DNA of 64,000 nt from the NCBI GenBank assembly GCA_001793235.1, contig MGHM01000016.1, positions 746 to 64,745 of the forward strand, written 5' to 3'. The translations under genes were made by a program, and so were the position numbers. The notes beneath the pieces were generated by a model. That model did no database searches and was not told the DNA's origin. It worked only from the letters and a program-made list of their open reading frames with translations. Within the stretch, counting starts at the first letter, position 1. Each line of letters opens with the position of its first letter. This DNA is from Candidatus Woesebacteria bacterium RIFCSPLOWO2_01_FULL_44_24b. Lineage in GTDB: Bacteria > Patescibacteriota > Microgenomatia > UBA8517. Below are positions 47,781 to 56,639 of the stretch, piece by piece.

Positions 47781-47948
47781 GGAGAGGGGTGGCCCGATTA
47801 GCAATATTATAGGCAGGTATTTTCACGCGGGGAGAGGGAGTGTTTTCACGATTCGTTGATAATATTTGATATAGTTGTTAGGTTAACAAAACACACTTGA
47901 AGCGCCCTCCAGAGGAGTAAGGCAGCAGGTTGTTTACTTGCAGCCAGC

Positions 47949-47984
47949 CTTGCCCGCAATGCTTCGCATAGCGATGCAGGCGGG
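47949..47984 (+). repeat. Variant (CTTG)+hairpin element, 36 bp
   Basis: CTTG-CCCGC-AATGCTTCGCATAGCGATGCAG-GCGGG. Confidence 0.5.
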
Positions 47985-48024
47985 TCGCTGCGGCTGCTGA
48001 CAGCTTTTTGAGCAGTCATACATA

Positions 48025-48052
48025 ATGTCGTACAATAATACTTTTGCGACGT
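48025..48052. other. dif-like Xer recombination site
   Basis: 11-6-11 imperfect palindrome ATGTCGTACAA-TAATAC-TTTTGCGACGT, about 420 bp upstream of the xer gene. Confidence 0.65.
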
Positions 48053-48286
48053 ATATTAATTCAGTGAGGGAAGGGCATTATTTTTTCTTATTATCTGTAT
48101 GCGGCCCACACAGACACCATAAAATCTATTTCTACAGCTAAGACTTCTCTTAATTATGGATCCAGCTACTAAATATCTGTTCCAAATATATAGCGAACAA
48201 ACGAGTTCAAATTTTAAGGATGAAGATACCCGTCTTCGTCGTGAGACAGGCCTTAGAATCGATTTGGTGAAGCCACTTATTAAGTA

Positions 48287-48405
48287 AATTTTCAGTTTTC
48301 AATTTACAATTATCAATCAATTTCGATGATGAGTAAGCATCGAGTGTGTATAAAAATTGATATATTGATCATTCAATGAAAATTGTTAATTGAGAAATGT
48401 AAATT
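48287..48405. repeat. AT-rich inverted heptamer-array element
   Basis: AATTTTC/AGTTTTC/AATTTAC/AATTATC ... GAAAATT/GTTAATT/GAGAAAT/GTAAATT, with inner hairpin TCGATG..CATCGA. Confidence 0.6.
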
Positions 48406-48428
48406 ATATCAGCCATTGGCTGATGTTT

Positions 48429-48470
48429 ATGTCGCACAATATTGACAAGCTTTATGTCAATAATTAAACT
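48429..48470 (+). promoter_or_regulatory. xer promoter with adjacent dif half-site and palindrome
   Basis: ATGTCGCACAA (48429-39); TTGACA (48442-47), 17 nt, TAAACT (48465-70); palindrome TATTGACA-N7-TGTCAATA. Confidence 0.65.
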
Positions 48471-48476
48471 GATTTT

Positions 48477-50648
48477 ATGACTACCCCACTTCCTAAACTT
48501 GTGGAGGAATTTTTGGATTACTTGCGTGTTGAGCGAGGCTCCTCTCCCCTAACCCTTAGGAACTACCTCCATTATTTAACCAGGTTCATTGAGTGGCTTG
48601 GTGAGCACAAAATTTCGCAAAATTTAGCCTCAATTTCAGCTGAAAATGTAAGGAAGTACCGCTTGTATTTAAGTAAGCTTGCCTTGTCTCAAAAGACCCA
48701 GGGCTATCATGTAATTGCTCTTCGGTCGTTTTTAAAATGGCTCAATAAAAACGGCTATAAGGCGCTGCCTGCCGAGAACTTGGAACTTCCAAAGATAAAA
48801 GATAGACAAGTATCTTTTTTAAACGGTGAGCAGGTTGACAGGTTGCTTTCGGCTCCTTCTATGAGCTCAATTGTAGGTAAGCGGGACAAGGCGATCTTGG
48901 AAGTTTTGTTTTCAACGGGGCTTAGGGTTTCGGAGTTAACTAAGCTCAACCGCGACAAAATTGACTTGGAACGGCGCGAGTTTGGAGTAGTTGGGAAAGG
49001 GGGGAGAGCAAGGGTAGTATTTCTCTCCTCACGCGCGGCGGAATGGGTGAGCCTTTACTTGGCCGCCCGGCGGGACCACTATTCCCCGCTATTTATTCGC
49101 CACAAGGGCAAAATTGATCCAACAGTGGAGGATGAGAAGATGCGGCTCACTCCTCGCTCGGTCCAGCGGCTTGTAAAAAAATATACAAGAAAAGTAAAAC
49201 TTCCGGTGGATGCTACCCCGCACACGATAAGGCACTGTATTGGTCCAAATACTAGAATTTTCTTAAGTAACTCTATTGACATAGCAAGAGACCTGTATTT
49301 TAGGCAAAACGATATTGAAGCTCGCAGTCTAGGCTTAAATAATTTTTTAGTAAGTAAGAGTAAAGTAATCGGCAAAGAATACCACATAGGCAAAGCGTAT
49401 AGTCTCTGGGCAGATGGGTATGAGCTGGTGTGTTCTAAAAAACACAGAGTTTTTACATTAGCTTTAGAGGATGTTGACGCGGTACAGGTAAATGACTTGA
49501 AAGTTGGGCAATATATTTTGGGCGTGAACAAGGTCTCGTTTAGAGGTACAGCGTTTGTGAAGCCTAAACTGGCACGGCTAATGGGTTATATTTTAGGAGA
49601 CGGCGTTGTCAGTAAGAGCAGGCGCGGAGTTATAATTCATGACAAGGATTTGAGTTTTTTAGAGTTATATCAGAGAATTGTTACAGATGAGTTAAAAACT
49701 CTCTCAAAAATAGAAAAGGCAAAAGGTTCCAACTCATGGATCCTAACTTTTTATTCGGATCAATTTGTTAATTTTCTCCAAAGCGTCGGTATTTTAGGCC
49801 ACGCCAATATAAGGCGTATCCCTGAAAAGCTTATGAATGCTACTGAAGAAGAAATCATAGAGCTACTTGCCGGAATATATGACGCAGAAGGAAATTCCCG
49901 AGGCGACCCAAGATATTTCTCCGCCTCAAAAGAGTTTTTGAAGGATATCCAAATACTTCTTTTGCGATTTGGCATAGATGCTCATTTGCTAGAGCGAAAC
50001 AGAAATGTAAAACTTCCCCAAGGACTTGTTTTTAATCACGACATGTTTACACTTCAAGTTTTGTCCACAAAAGACCAAAAGAACTTTATTAAACTGATTC
50101 CCACTCTAAAGAAAGATGTCCAGGCAAGTGAAGGGTATGGGGAAAAGTTGCCGGTGCAACCACTTCTCCACTCTATTTTTAGGGAAATGCAAAATAAGGA
50201 AAAAGGTCTGGTCCATGCTTTGGAAGTTGAGCTTAATATCAAGTCACTTCGCAATCTAGCGGAAATTGTTCCTGAGAGGAAAACTGTGGGTAAGTTTATT
50301 ACTTTTTTCAAAAATCATGGTTACAAGGGTAAAAAACTGGATTTTCTTAAGAAAATCCATAAAGATAAAAACATAAAGTGGCTTAAGGTCAGAAAAATAA
50401 CCCCAGTTTCCACTTCTGGCCGGTACAGTCTTTTCGACTTTACTCTTTCACCTCATCAGAATTTTATTACAGATGGAATCATAAGCCACAACTCTTACGC
50501 AACGGATTTATTAATAGCAGGGGCGGATTTACGCTCAGTTCAGGAAATGCTTGGCCATAAAAACGTAGCCACTACACAGATTTATACCCATGTCACAAAT
50601 AAACAACTGAAGGCTGTTCATGAACAGTTTCACGGAAGAGGAAAATAG
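48477..50648 (+). CDS. XerC/D-type tyrosine recombinase containing an intein (304 aa after splicing)
   Basis: [29 protein letters not shown]|[31 protein letters not shown]. Confidence 0.95.
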   Translation: MTTPLPKLVEEFLDYLRVERGSSPLTLRNYLHYLTRFIEWLGEHKISQNLASISAENVRKYRLYLSKLALSQKTQGYHVIALRSFLKWLNKNGYKALPAENLELPKIKDRQVSFLNGEQVDRLLSAPSMSSIVGKRDKAILEVLFSTGLRVSELTKLNRDKIDLERREFGVVGKGGRARVVFLSSRAAEWVSLYLAARRDHYSPLFIRHKGKIDPTVEDEKMRLTPRSVQRLVKKYTRKVKLPVDATPHTIRHCIGPNTRIFLSNSIDIARDLYFRQNDIEARSLGLNNFLVSKSKVIGKEYHIGKAYSLWADGYELVCSKKHRVFTLALEDVDAVQVNDLKVGQYILGVNKVSFRGTAFVKPKLARLMGYILGDGVVSKSRRGVIIHDKDLSFLELYQRIVTDELKTLSKIEKAKGSNSWILTFYSDQFVNFLQSVGILGHANIRRIPEKLMNATEEEIIELLAGIYDAEGNSRGDPRYFSASKEFLKDIQILLLRFGIDAHLLERNRNVKLPQGLVFNHDMFTLQVLSTKDQKNFIKLIPTLKKDVQASEGYGEKLPVQPLLHSIFREMQNKEKGLVHALEVELNIKSLRNLAEIVPERKTVGKFITFFKNHGYKGKKLDFLKKIHKDKNIKWLKVRKITPVSTSGRYSLFDFTLSPHQNFITDGIISHNSYATDLLIAGADLRSVQEMLGHKNVATTQIYTHVTNKQLKAVHEQFHGRGK
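49236..50492 (+). mobile_element. Intein with LAGLIDADG homing endonuclease (419 aa)
   Basis: Starts CIGPNT; block B SKKH; motifs LMGYILGDG and [10 protein letters not shown]; block F FDFTL..HQNF; ends HN with +1 Ser. Confidence 0.93.
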
Positions 50649-50649
50649 T

Positions 50650-53250
50650 TTACTCTTCACTTTTCTCAAGCGCAGTAACTGCTGCCACTTCGTCTCCTCG
50701 GTCGGCAAAGCGCATAAGAATTACGCCCTGGGTGGCCCGGGCCAGCTCCGGAATGTTTCTTATTGGGAGCTTAATGATTTGCCCGTATTTGCTGGTAATT
50801 ACTGCTTGATCCATTCGTTGATTGACCAGAAGCCCGACTTGTAAATCTCCGGTTTTTCCGGTCAAAACCGCGGCTTTGACCCCTTTGCCCGCCCGCTTTT
50901 GGATGGGAAAGCGCTCAATCTGGGTTCTTTTACCTATGCCTTTTTCCGAAATGATAAGAATATCCCGGAATATTTTTTTGCGGCGGTCTGAGGACGCCTC
51001 AATTTTTTTGGAAAAAGTCTCGATGGCGATAACTGTATCATCTTTGGCAACCTTAATGCCGCGGACCCCGGTCGTGGCTCTTCCCATGGCACGCACATCG
51101 CCTTCCGAAAACTTAATGGCCTTGCCCTTTCTGGTGAGCAAGAAAACATGGTCGTCGCCGGAAGTTTTACGGGCTCCAACTAATTTATCGTCCCCGGCGA
51201 GCTTCATCGCAATGAGCCCATTGGAGCGCAAGTTGATAAATTCTTTATATTGGGTCTTTTTAACCACACCGTTTTCGGTTGCGAGAATCAGGTTCGTCGC
51301 TCCGCTTTCGTTGACCGGCACAATCGAGCGCACTTCTTCGCCGGCTTCCAGATTGACAATATTGACTAGCGCCGTCCCTTTGGCCTGCCTTGAACTCTCG
51401 GCCACCTCCCATACTTTGGTTCCAAAAACCCGGCCGTGATTTGTAAAAAACAACAAAGTATCGTGAGTAGAGGCAGTTATCAAGTGCTCAATTTCATCCT
51501 CCTCTTTAGTTGTCATGCCCAAGACCCCCTTCCCTCCTCTTCTTTGGGATTTATAAATGCTATAAGGAACCCTTTTGATGTAGCCGGTTTTTGTAACTGT
51601 AATTATAGTATTGGTTTTCGCTACCAAATCGGCCTCGGAAAACTCCCCGACATTTTGTTTAAATATTTTTGTTTTGCGCTCGTCTCCGTAAATCTCTTTA
51701 AGGTGAGCAAGCTCACTTGCGATAATTTCAAGTACCTTTTTGGGGTTGCGAAGTATGAGGATTAATTTGTCAATCTGCTTTTTAATTTCTTCATACTCTT
51801 TTTCAATTTTCTCGCGCTCGAGTGCCGCCAACCGCCTGAGTTGCATATCAAGAATTGCTGTTGCCTGAATATCTGAGAAACCGAAGCGCTTAATGAGGTT
51901 TGCCTTTGCCACTTCCTGAGTTGCGCTTTTTCTGATGGTGCTAATTACTTCATCCAGGTTATCGAGGGCAATTTTGAGCCCTTCCAAAATGTGGGCACGT
52001 TTCTTGGCGTTTGTAAGCTCATAGAGACTGCGCCTAATGACCACTTTTTGCCTGTGCTTAACGTATTCAGTCAAAATCTGCTTCAGGTTGACTGTATACG
52101 GAGTGCCGTTTACCAATGCGACAAAATTGGCAGGAAAGCTTATCTGAAGTTTTGTGTGCTTATAGAGGTTATTAAGGACCGACTTTGGCCGGCCATCCCG
52201 CTTGAGCTCAATTACAATGCTCATTCCTGCTTTGTCCGACTCGTCCCTCAGGGCTGAAATTCCGTTTAGCTTTTTGTCTCGCACCAGGTCTGCGATGTCG
52301 GTAACCAATTTACTTTTGTTAACTTGATACGGAATTTCTGTGATTTCAATGACCGATTTCCCTTTCTTAGCATCCTTGATTTCGGCAACACCCCGGACGG
52401 TAATCTTGCCACGGCCGGTGGAATATATTTCTTCCATACCTGTTGCGCCGTAAATGGTTCCTGCGGTTGGAAAGTCCGGTCCAGGAATAAGCTCAACCAG
52501 CTCCGAAATTGTGATATCGCTTTCAAAACCGGACTTGATTTGCCCGAGCTCCGTTTCGGTTAACTCTTTTTCGGTTCCTGCTGCAATTAGGTCAATCTTT
52601 TTGATGAAATTTTCCATTTCGGCCTCGAGCACTTGTTGCTCCACCACTGCCCTACCCTTATTGATGGTTGCGACTACACCGTCTACGACTTCGGATAAAT
52701 TGTGCGGAGGGATTTTGGTAGCCATGCCGACAGCGATGCCCTCCGAGCCCATGAGGAGCAGGTTCGGGAGAAGTGCCGGCAGATACACAGGCTCCTTGAG
52801 GGTACTGTCAAAATTATCTAGAAACTCCACCGTGTCTTTATCTATGTCGGCAAGAATGAAGTCGGCAATTTTTGCCAGTTTGACCTCGGTGTAGCGCATG
52901 GCGGCCGCAGGGTCACCGTCAACTGAGCCGAAATTTCCCTGTCCCTTGATGAGTGGGTAGCGCATAGTAAAGTCCTGCGCGAGCCGCACGATTGCGTCAT
53001 AAACCGCAGTATCCGAGTGGGGATGGTACTTACCTAGTACTTCTCCCACAACTTTTGCACTTTTCGAGAACTTGGTGGAGCTTGTGAGCCCCATTATGTG
53101 CATGGCATAAAGGATGCGCCTGTGGACCGGTTTTAGGCCGTCGCGCACGTCCGGAAGGGCTCTCGCCACAATCACGCTCATGGCGTAATCTAAATAACTT
53201 TTTGAAAGCTCAGACGTAATTTCTGTAGGAAGTACCTTACCTAGTTGCAT
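50650..53250 (-). CDS. gyrA: DNA gyrase subunit A
   Basis: [25 protein letters not shown], GyrA-box QRRGGKG, beta-pinwheel CTD. Confidence 0.97.
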   Translation of the reverse strand: MQLGKVLPTEITSELSKSYLDYAMSVIVARALPDVRDGLKPVHRRILYAMHIMGLTSSTKFSKSAKVVGEVLGKYHPHSDTAVYDAIVRLAQDFTMRYPLIKGQGNFGSVDGDPAAAMRYTEVKLAKIADFILADIDKDTVEFLDNFDSTLKEPVYLPALLPNLLLMGSEGIAVGMATKIPPHNLSEVVDGVVATINKGRAVVEQQVLEAEMENFIKKIDLIAAGTEKELTETELGQIKSGFESDITISELVELIPGPDFPTAGTIYGATGMEEIYSTGRGKITVRGVAEIKDAKKGKSVIEITEIPYQVNKSKLVTDIADLVRDKKLNGISALRDESDKAGMSIVIELKRDGRPKSVLNNLYKHTKLQISFPANFVALVNGTPYTVNLKQILTEYVKHRQKVVIRRSLYELTNAKKRAHILEGLKIALDNLDEVISTIRKSATQEVAKANLIKRFGFSDIQATAILDMQLRRLAALEREKIEKEYEEIKKQIDKLILILRNPKKVLEIIASELAHLKEIYGDERKTKIFKQNVGEFSEADLVAKTNTIITVTKTGYIKRVPYSIYKSQRRGGKGVLGMTTKEEDEIEHLITASTHDTLLFFTNHGRVFGTKVWEVAESSRQAKGTALVNIVNLEAGEEVRSIVPVNESGATNLILATENGVVKKTQYKEFINLRSNGLIAMKLAGDDKLVGARKTSGDDHVFLLTRKGKAIKFSEGDVRAMGRATTGVRGIKVAKDDTVIAIETFSKKIEASSDRRKKIFRDILIISEKGIGKRTQIERFPIQKRAGKGVKAAVLTGKTGDLQVGLLVNQRMDQAVITSKYGQIIKLPIRNIPELARATQGVILMRFADRGDEVAAVTALEKSEE

Positions 53251-53305
53251 AAAGGGAGTTGTTTAGACATGTAATTTTATCCTTTTGAGGCAGAAATTAC
53301 AAGGC

Positions 53306-53539
53306 TTAGTGCATATTCTTGTAGATCTCAAATATCACCAGAAAGAATACGGCAAAGGCCAGGGCGCTTGTGAAAGGCAGATAAAGCACGAAGGTGTCAT
53401 TATCTATTAACACGTCTCCTGGGAATGTACGAAATTTAAACCGGCCAAAGAAAGTAACCAGCAACAAGAAGGCTATCAAATAAAGGCCTCCAAACTTCAT
53501 TCCATAACTAGAAATAAATTTCTTTACGTTTATGTTCAT
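53306..53539 (-). CDS. DUF2905-like small membrane protein
   Basis: PGD..I......YLPFTS. Confidence 0.7.
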   Translation of the reverse strand: MNINVKKFISSYGMKFGGLYLIAFLLLVTFFGRFKFRTFPGDVLIDNDTFVLYLPFTSALAFAVFFLVIFEIYKNMH

Positions 53540-53542
53540 TAC

Positions 53543-53725
53543 TCACTTTTCAACTACGTATGGTGTAGGCTCGGGTGTTGGGACTGCTGCAGCTTGACTC
53601 TCTGTTGCCCTGTTTCCATTATTTGCGAGTGAGAACAAGGGAATCATCATGGCAAAAAGGGCAAGTATAGCTAAAGACATAACCGGAGTTAATTTTAAAT
53701 TGTTAGATTTTCTTGCCAAGATCAA
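53543..53725 (-). CDS. Small membrane-anchored protein
   Basis: SD GGGGGTGA upstream; one TM followed by a PT tail. Confidence 0.55.
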   Translation of the reverse strand: MILARKSNNLKLTPVMSLAILALFAMMIPLFSLANNGNRATESQAAAVPTPEPTPYVVEK

Positions 53726-53795
53726 TCACCCCCTCCACTTTTTAGTGTATAAATCCATTATATACACACTGCTAGTAAAATGTACAAGTAGTTTT

Positions 53796-54164
53796 TCATT
53801 TGGGGTCTAAAACTGAAGGTACTCTTTTTGCGTCCATTTTGACTATGATTGGTCTAACAAGGTTGGTTCCAATGTTTGCTATTCTTGCCCCGACTGAAAC
53901 TATAAAGCCCATCAAAAATAGATGTGCCAGTGTGTTGGAGGTTGAGTTTAAGACTTCAGCTGGGAAAATTTCAACATCTGGCGCATTAACGGCCGCAAAC
54001 TCTGGGCCTAAAAGAGTGCTAATGGGGATTGATACACCGTCGAAGTTAAAAAGGGCAAATGGCTTTACGGTCCCTGTAAAAACCGAATAAACACTAAAAG
54101 CCGCCAACAAAGTTATCACAAGTCCAGCTATGATAAGGGCATACCCGGTCACTTTTTCACTCAT
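53796..54164 (-). CDS. Membrane protein (2 TM)
   Basis: Two hydrophobic segments. Confidence 0.7.
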   Translation of the reverse strand: MSEKVTGYALIIAGLVITLLAAFSVYSVFTGTVKPFALFNFDGVSIPISTLLGPEFAAVNAPDVEIFPAEVLNSTSNTLAHLFLMGFIVSVGARIANIGTNLVRPIIVKMDAKRVPSVLDPK

Positions 54165-54194
54165 TCATTTATGATATACCAGTTTTTAGAAAAA

Positions 54195-54345
54195 TTGAAA
54201 TAAGCTAAATTGTATTGTAATATCTAAGTATGTTGAGAACCCGAAAAGAGTTTTTCTTTTTCTTTACCTCCTAAACTAGGAGGCGGGTTATTGTTGTAAA
54301 AGAACAATTTTTAATTACCAACCTCCTAGAGATAGGAGGTTTTTT
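54195..54345 (+). promoter_or_regulatory. Promoter plus structured attenuator-like leader ending in an intrinsic terminator
   Basis: TTGAAA, 17 nt, TAATAT; AACCCG/CGGGTT junction; twin CCTCCTA/TAGGAGG hairpins, the second followed by a T tract. Confidence 0.6.
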
Positions 54346-54366
54346 ATTGGAAAGGGGGTGATAAAT

Positions 54367-54669
54367 ATGACTGAATATAGCAAAGATGAACTAAGGCATC
54401 CGGTAGATCTGGAGAAAAAAGCTAAAGTAGATGAAGCTCTCGCTCGTGTGACCAGGAACTTACTAAGCCAAGCCGGAATAGGAAGTCTGTGGGTTAACGA
54501 GAACGCTCAACTCTGTGGCTCTATGAATAGTCAAGCAGGTTATCCTCACACTTTGTACTTGTACGACATTAGATTGAATATAGTTAAGGATGAAAAAAGT
54601 GGTAAGGAGGCAATAGTAATAAACTCAGGTGAGACGCATGTTGTGTACGATGACGGGAAAGTAATCTAA
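54367..54669 (+). CDS. Hypothetical protein
   Basis: Strong SD AAAGGGGGTGAT; 100 aa. Confidence 0.65.
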   Translation: MTEYSKDELRHPVDLEKKAKVDEALARVTRNLLSQAGIGSLWVNENAQLCGSMNSQAGYPHTLYLYDIRLNIVKDEKSGKEAIVINSGETHVVYDDGKVI

Positions 54670-54749
54670 GAGCGGTTGTGAGCCATAAAGATGTAGTTGA
54701 CAGGGCTGTTTACCTTATAGTTAAGTAAATAAGGATAGATATAGTTTTT

Positions 54750-55748
54750 ATGAGAGTCAAACTACTTCCAATATTAGTATTATCTACGTTTATATTATCT
54801 GTCTCAGCTCTCTCTAAGATGGCCGATAAAGTCTACTCCGCTCCGGCAACTGATTTAGTTATTTCAGAGGTACAAATAGGGCAAAGCGGCACCGGTAACG
54901 CCGGCAATGATTTTATCGAGCTTTATAATCCGAAGGATACTTCAGTTGACTTAAACGGCTACAGGTTGGTAAAGCGTACCGCAGGAGACATAACGGACGA
55001 CTCTATAAAAGCTTGGGATTCTGAAGCTATGATCCCAGCCCATGGATATTATTTGTGGGCAAATAGTGGGTGGACACCACCGGTTACCCCTGACGCCACA
55101 ACGGCGGCAACTATTGCTGCTGATAACGGGGTAGCTTTGAGACAAGGACCCGCAGACATTGGTACTATTGTCGATAGTGTAGGGTGGGATCAAGCTGCCA
55201 ATGTATTTGTTGAAGGTACAGCTTTCCCTCAAGATCCACCAAATGATAACAGCATTGAGCGTAAGGCTTGTGTCGGCTCGACCACCGGTAATTCCGAAGA
55301 TACCAACAATAATGCAGACGACTTCGTTTTGAAGACTACGCCAGAGCCGCAAAACGCAAGTTCCGGGGCTGAAGTGCCAACTTGCACGTCCGCAACACCC
55401 TCTCCAACACCAACTGTGACTCCCACCGAGGAGCCAACTGATACGCCATCGCCCACACCAACAGCTACCCCAACTGATGAGCCTACAGATACACCGACGC
55501 CTACGGCGACTCCAACCGATGAGCCAACAGAGACAGCCTCTCCGACTCCTGAACCAACGGAAAGCCCAACACCTGAACCGACGGAAACTCCCGAGCCAAC
55601 GGTTGAGCCCACCGATACACCAGTCCCAACCGGCACGCCCTCCTCGGTTTTGGGTTTCAGGCTTGATTGTAGAATAGAGTTTAGAGAGTTTAGAGGCCGC
55701 TTCTTCAGGCTATCTTTTCCTCACTTAGTTTGCAGTATTGTCCGCTAG
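54750..55748 (+). CDS. Secreted lamin-tail-domain protein with Pro/Thr/Glu repeats
   Basis: [44 protein letters not shown] repeats. Confidence 0.85.
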   Translation: MRVKLLPILVLSTFILSVSALSKMADKVYSAPATDLVISEVQIGQSGTGNAGNDFIELYNPKDTSVDLNGYRLVKRTAGDITDDSIKAWDSEAMIPAHGYYLWANSGWTPPVTPDATTAATIAADNGVALRQGPADIGTIVDSVGWDQAANVFVEGTAFPQDPPNDNSIERKACVGSTTGNSEDTNNNADDFVLKTTPEPQNASSGAEVPTCTSATPSPTPTVTPTEEPTDTPSPTPTATPTDEPTDTPTPTATPTDEPTETASPTPEPTESPTPEPTETPEPTVEPTDTPVPTGTPSSVLGFRLDCRIEFREFRGRFFRLSFPHLVCSIVR

Positions 55749-56569
55749 ATAATATAAATATCCTGATTGTATGAGCTTGTACCTACCAGCTCTCCTTTTC
55801 CCTTTACGACTTCTTCGAGCGGCGTGCAGTAGCGGCAGCCTCCGTCGGCACATTTAAAATGGCTGATTTGCCTGGCTAACTTCATTCGCTTGGCCACAGC
55901 CATTACTCGCTCTTGGGACTCTTCGAGGCTCGGTAAACTTACTTCTTTTGGTGCATCGCTTGTTAAGAGGTACCAGTAGCTTGCTTTACTTAAGCGTTTT
56001 GACTGGGTATTTGTGACAAGGAGCTGATAAACCGGTAGCTGAAGTGAGTCCTCCTTTTCCTCCCGTTTGCCGGTCTTGAAATCTATGATGTGCACCGAAT
56101 CAGTCTCGGGCAGGTACTCCAACCAGTCAATTTTTCCGCAAAGGATTATATTTTCGTCTTCACTGAGCCAATAATAGGGTAACTCTTCTTTGATTTTGAT
56201 TGCCTTTTGGGTAATTGGTCCGGGATTCTCCATTACTCGCATAAGCATCTCTCTGCCGCGGTTTTTATATTCTTCTTCCTGAGCGTGGTCTGCAAAGCCG
56301 CCTTTTTTGCCGGTTACTTTCTCCCACTCAGCATCAAATTTTTTGATAAGGGAAATTTTGAGTCTGTCTTCTGCGGGTAGCGTTGATAAACTTTCAACAA
56401 CATCATGTACAACTTGACCCAATGCCAGTGGCGGCTCCATCCGCGTGATTTTGTGCCCCGTTAATGGGTCTTTGTAGACATTTCTAAGGTAATAGAGTCT
56501 CGGGCAGCGCAAAAAATCAGCCATAGAGCTATGAGAAACCCATACAGCGGAATATTTATCAGCAGTCAT
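55745..56569 (-). CDS. PD-(D/E)XK nuclease (RecB/AddB/Cas4-like)
   Basis: S.S....F..CPR.YY, GKID, IIDFKTG, QL..Y, C....C..C. Confidence 0.88.
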   Translation of the reverse strand: MTADKYSAVWVSHSSMADFLRCPRLYYLRNVYKDPLTGHKITRMEPPLALGQVVHDVVESLSTLPAEDRLKISLIKKFDAEWEKVTGKKGGFADHAQEEEYKNRGREMLMRVMENPGPITQKAIKIKEELPYYWLSEDENIILCGKIDWLEYLPETDSVHIIDFKTGKREEKEDSLQLPVYQLLVTNTQSKRLSKASYWYLLTSDAPKEVSLPSLEESQERVMAVAKRMKLARQISHFKCADGGCRYCTPLEEVVKGKGELVGTSSYNQDIYII

Positions 56570-56639
56570 TGGGATAAGTATATACTAAAGGCGAAAAAAG
56601 CACCGCCCACTACGGCGAGTAGAAGAAGTATTAACGCAG

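Noticed and set aside
48157-48286. 43-codon ORF MDPATKYLFQ... upstream of xer
   Set aside because: Short, with no motif or supporting evidence, so it cannot be supported.
48477-50648. Tyrosine recombinase as prophage or ICE integrase
   Set aside because: The sequence is Xer-like ([13 protein letters not shown]), the neighbours are housekeeping genes, and there is no phage or conjugation cargo.
55396-55640. Periodic DNA repeats resembling an array
   Set aside because: They are degenerate coding repeats of a Pro/Thr/Glu linker with no unique spacers.
55745-56569. Cas4-like nuclease suggesting CRISPR-Cas
   Set aside because: No repeat-spacer array or other cas genes are visible; solo PD-(D/E)XK nucleases are common.
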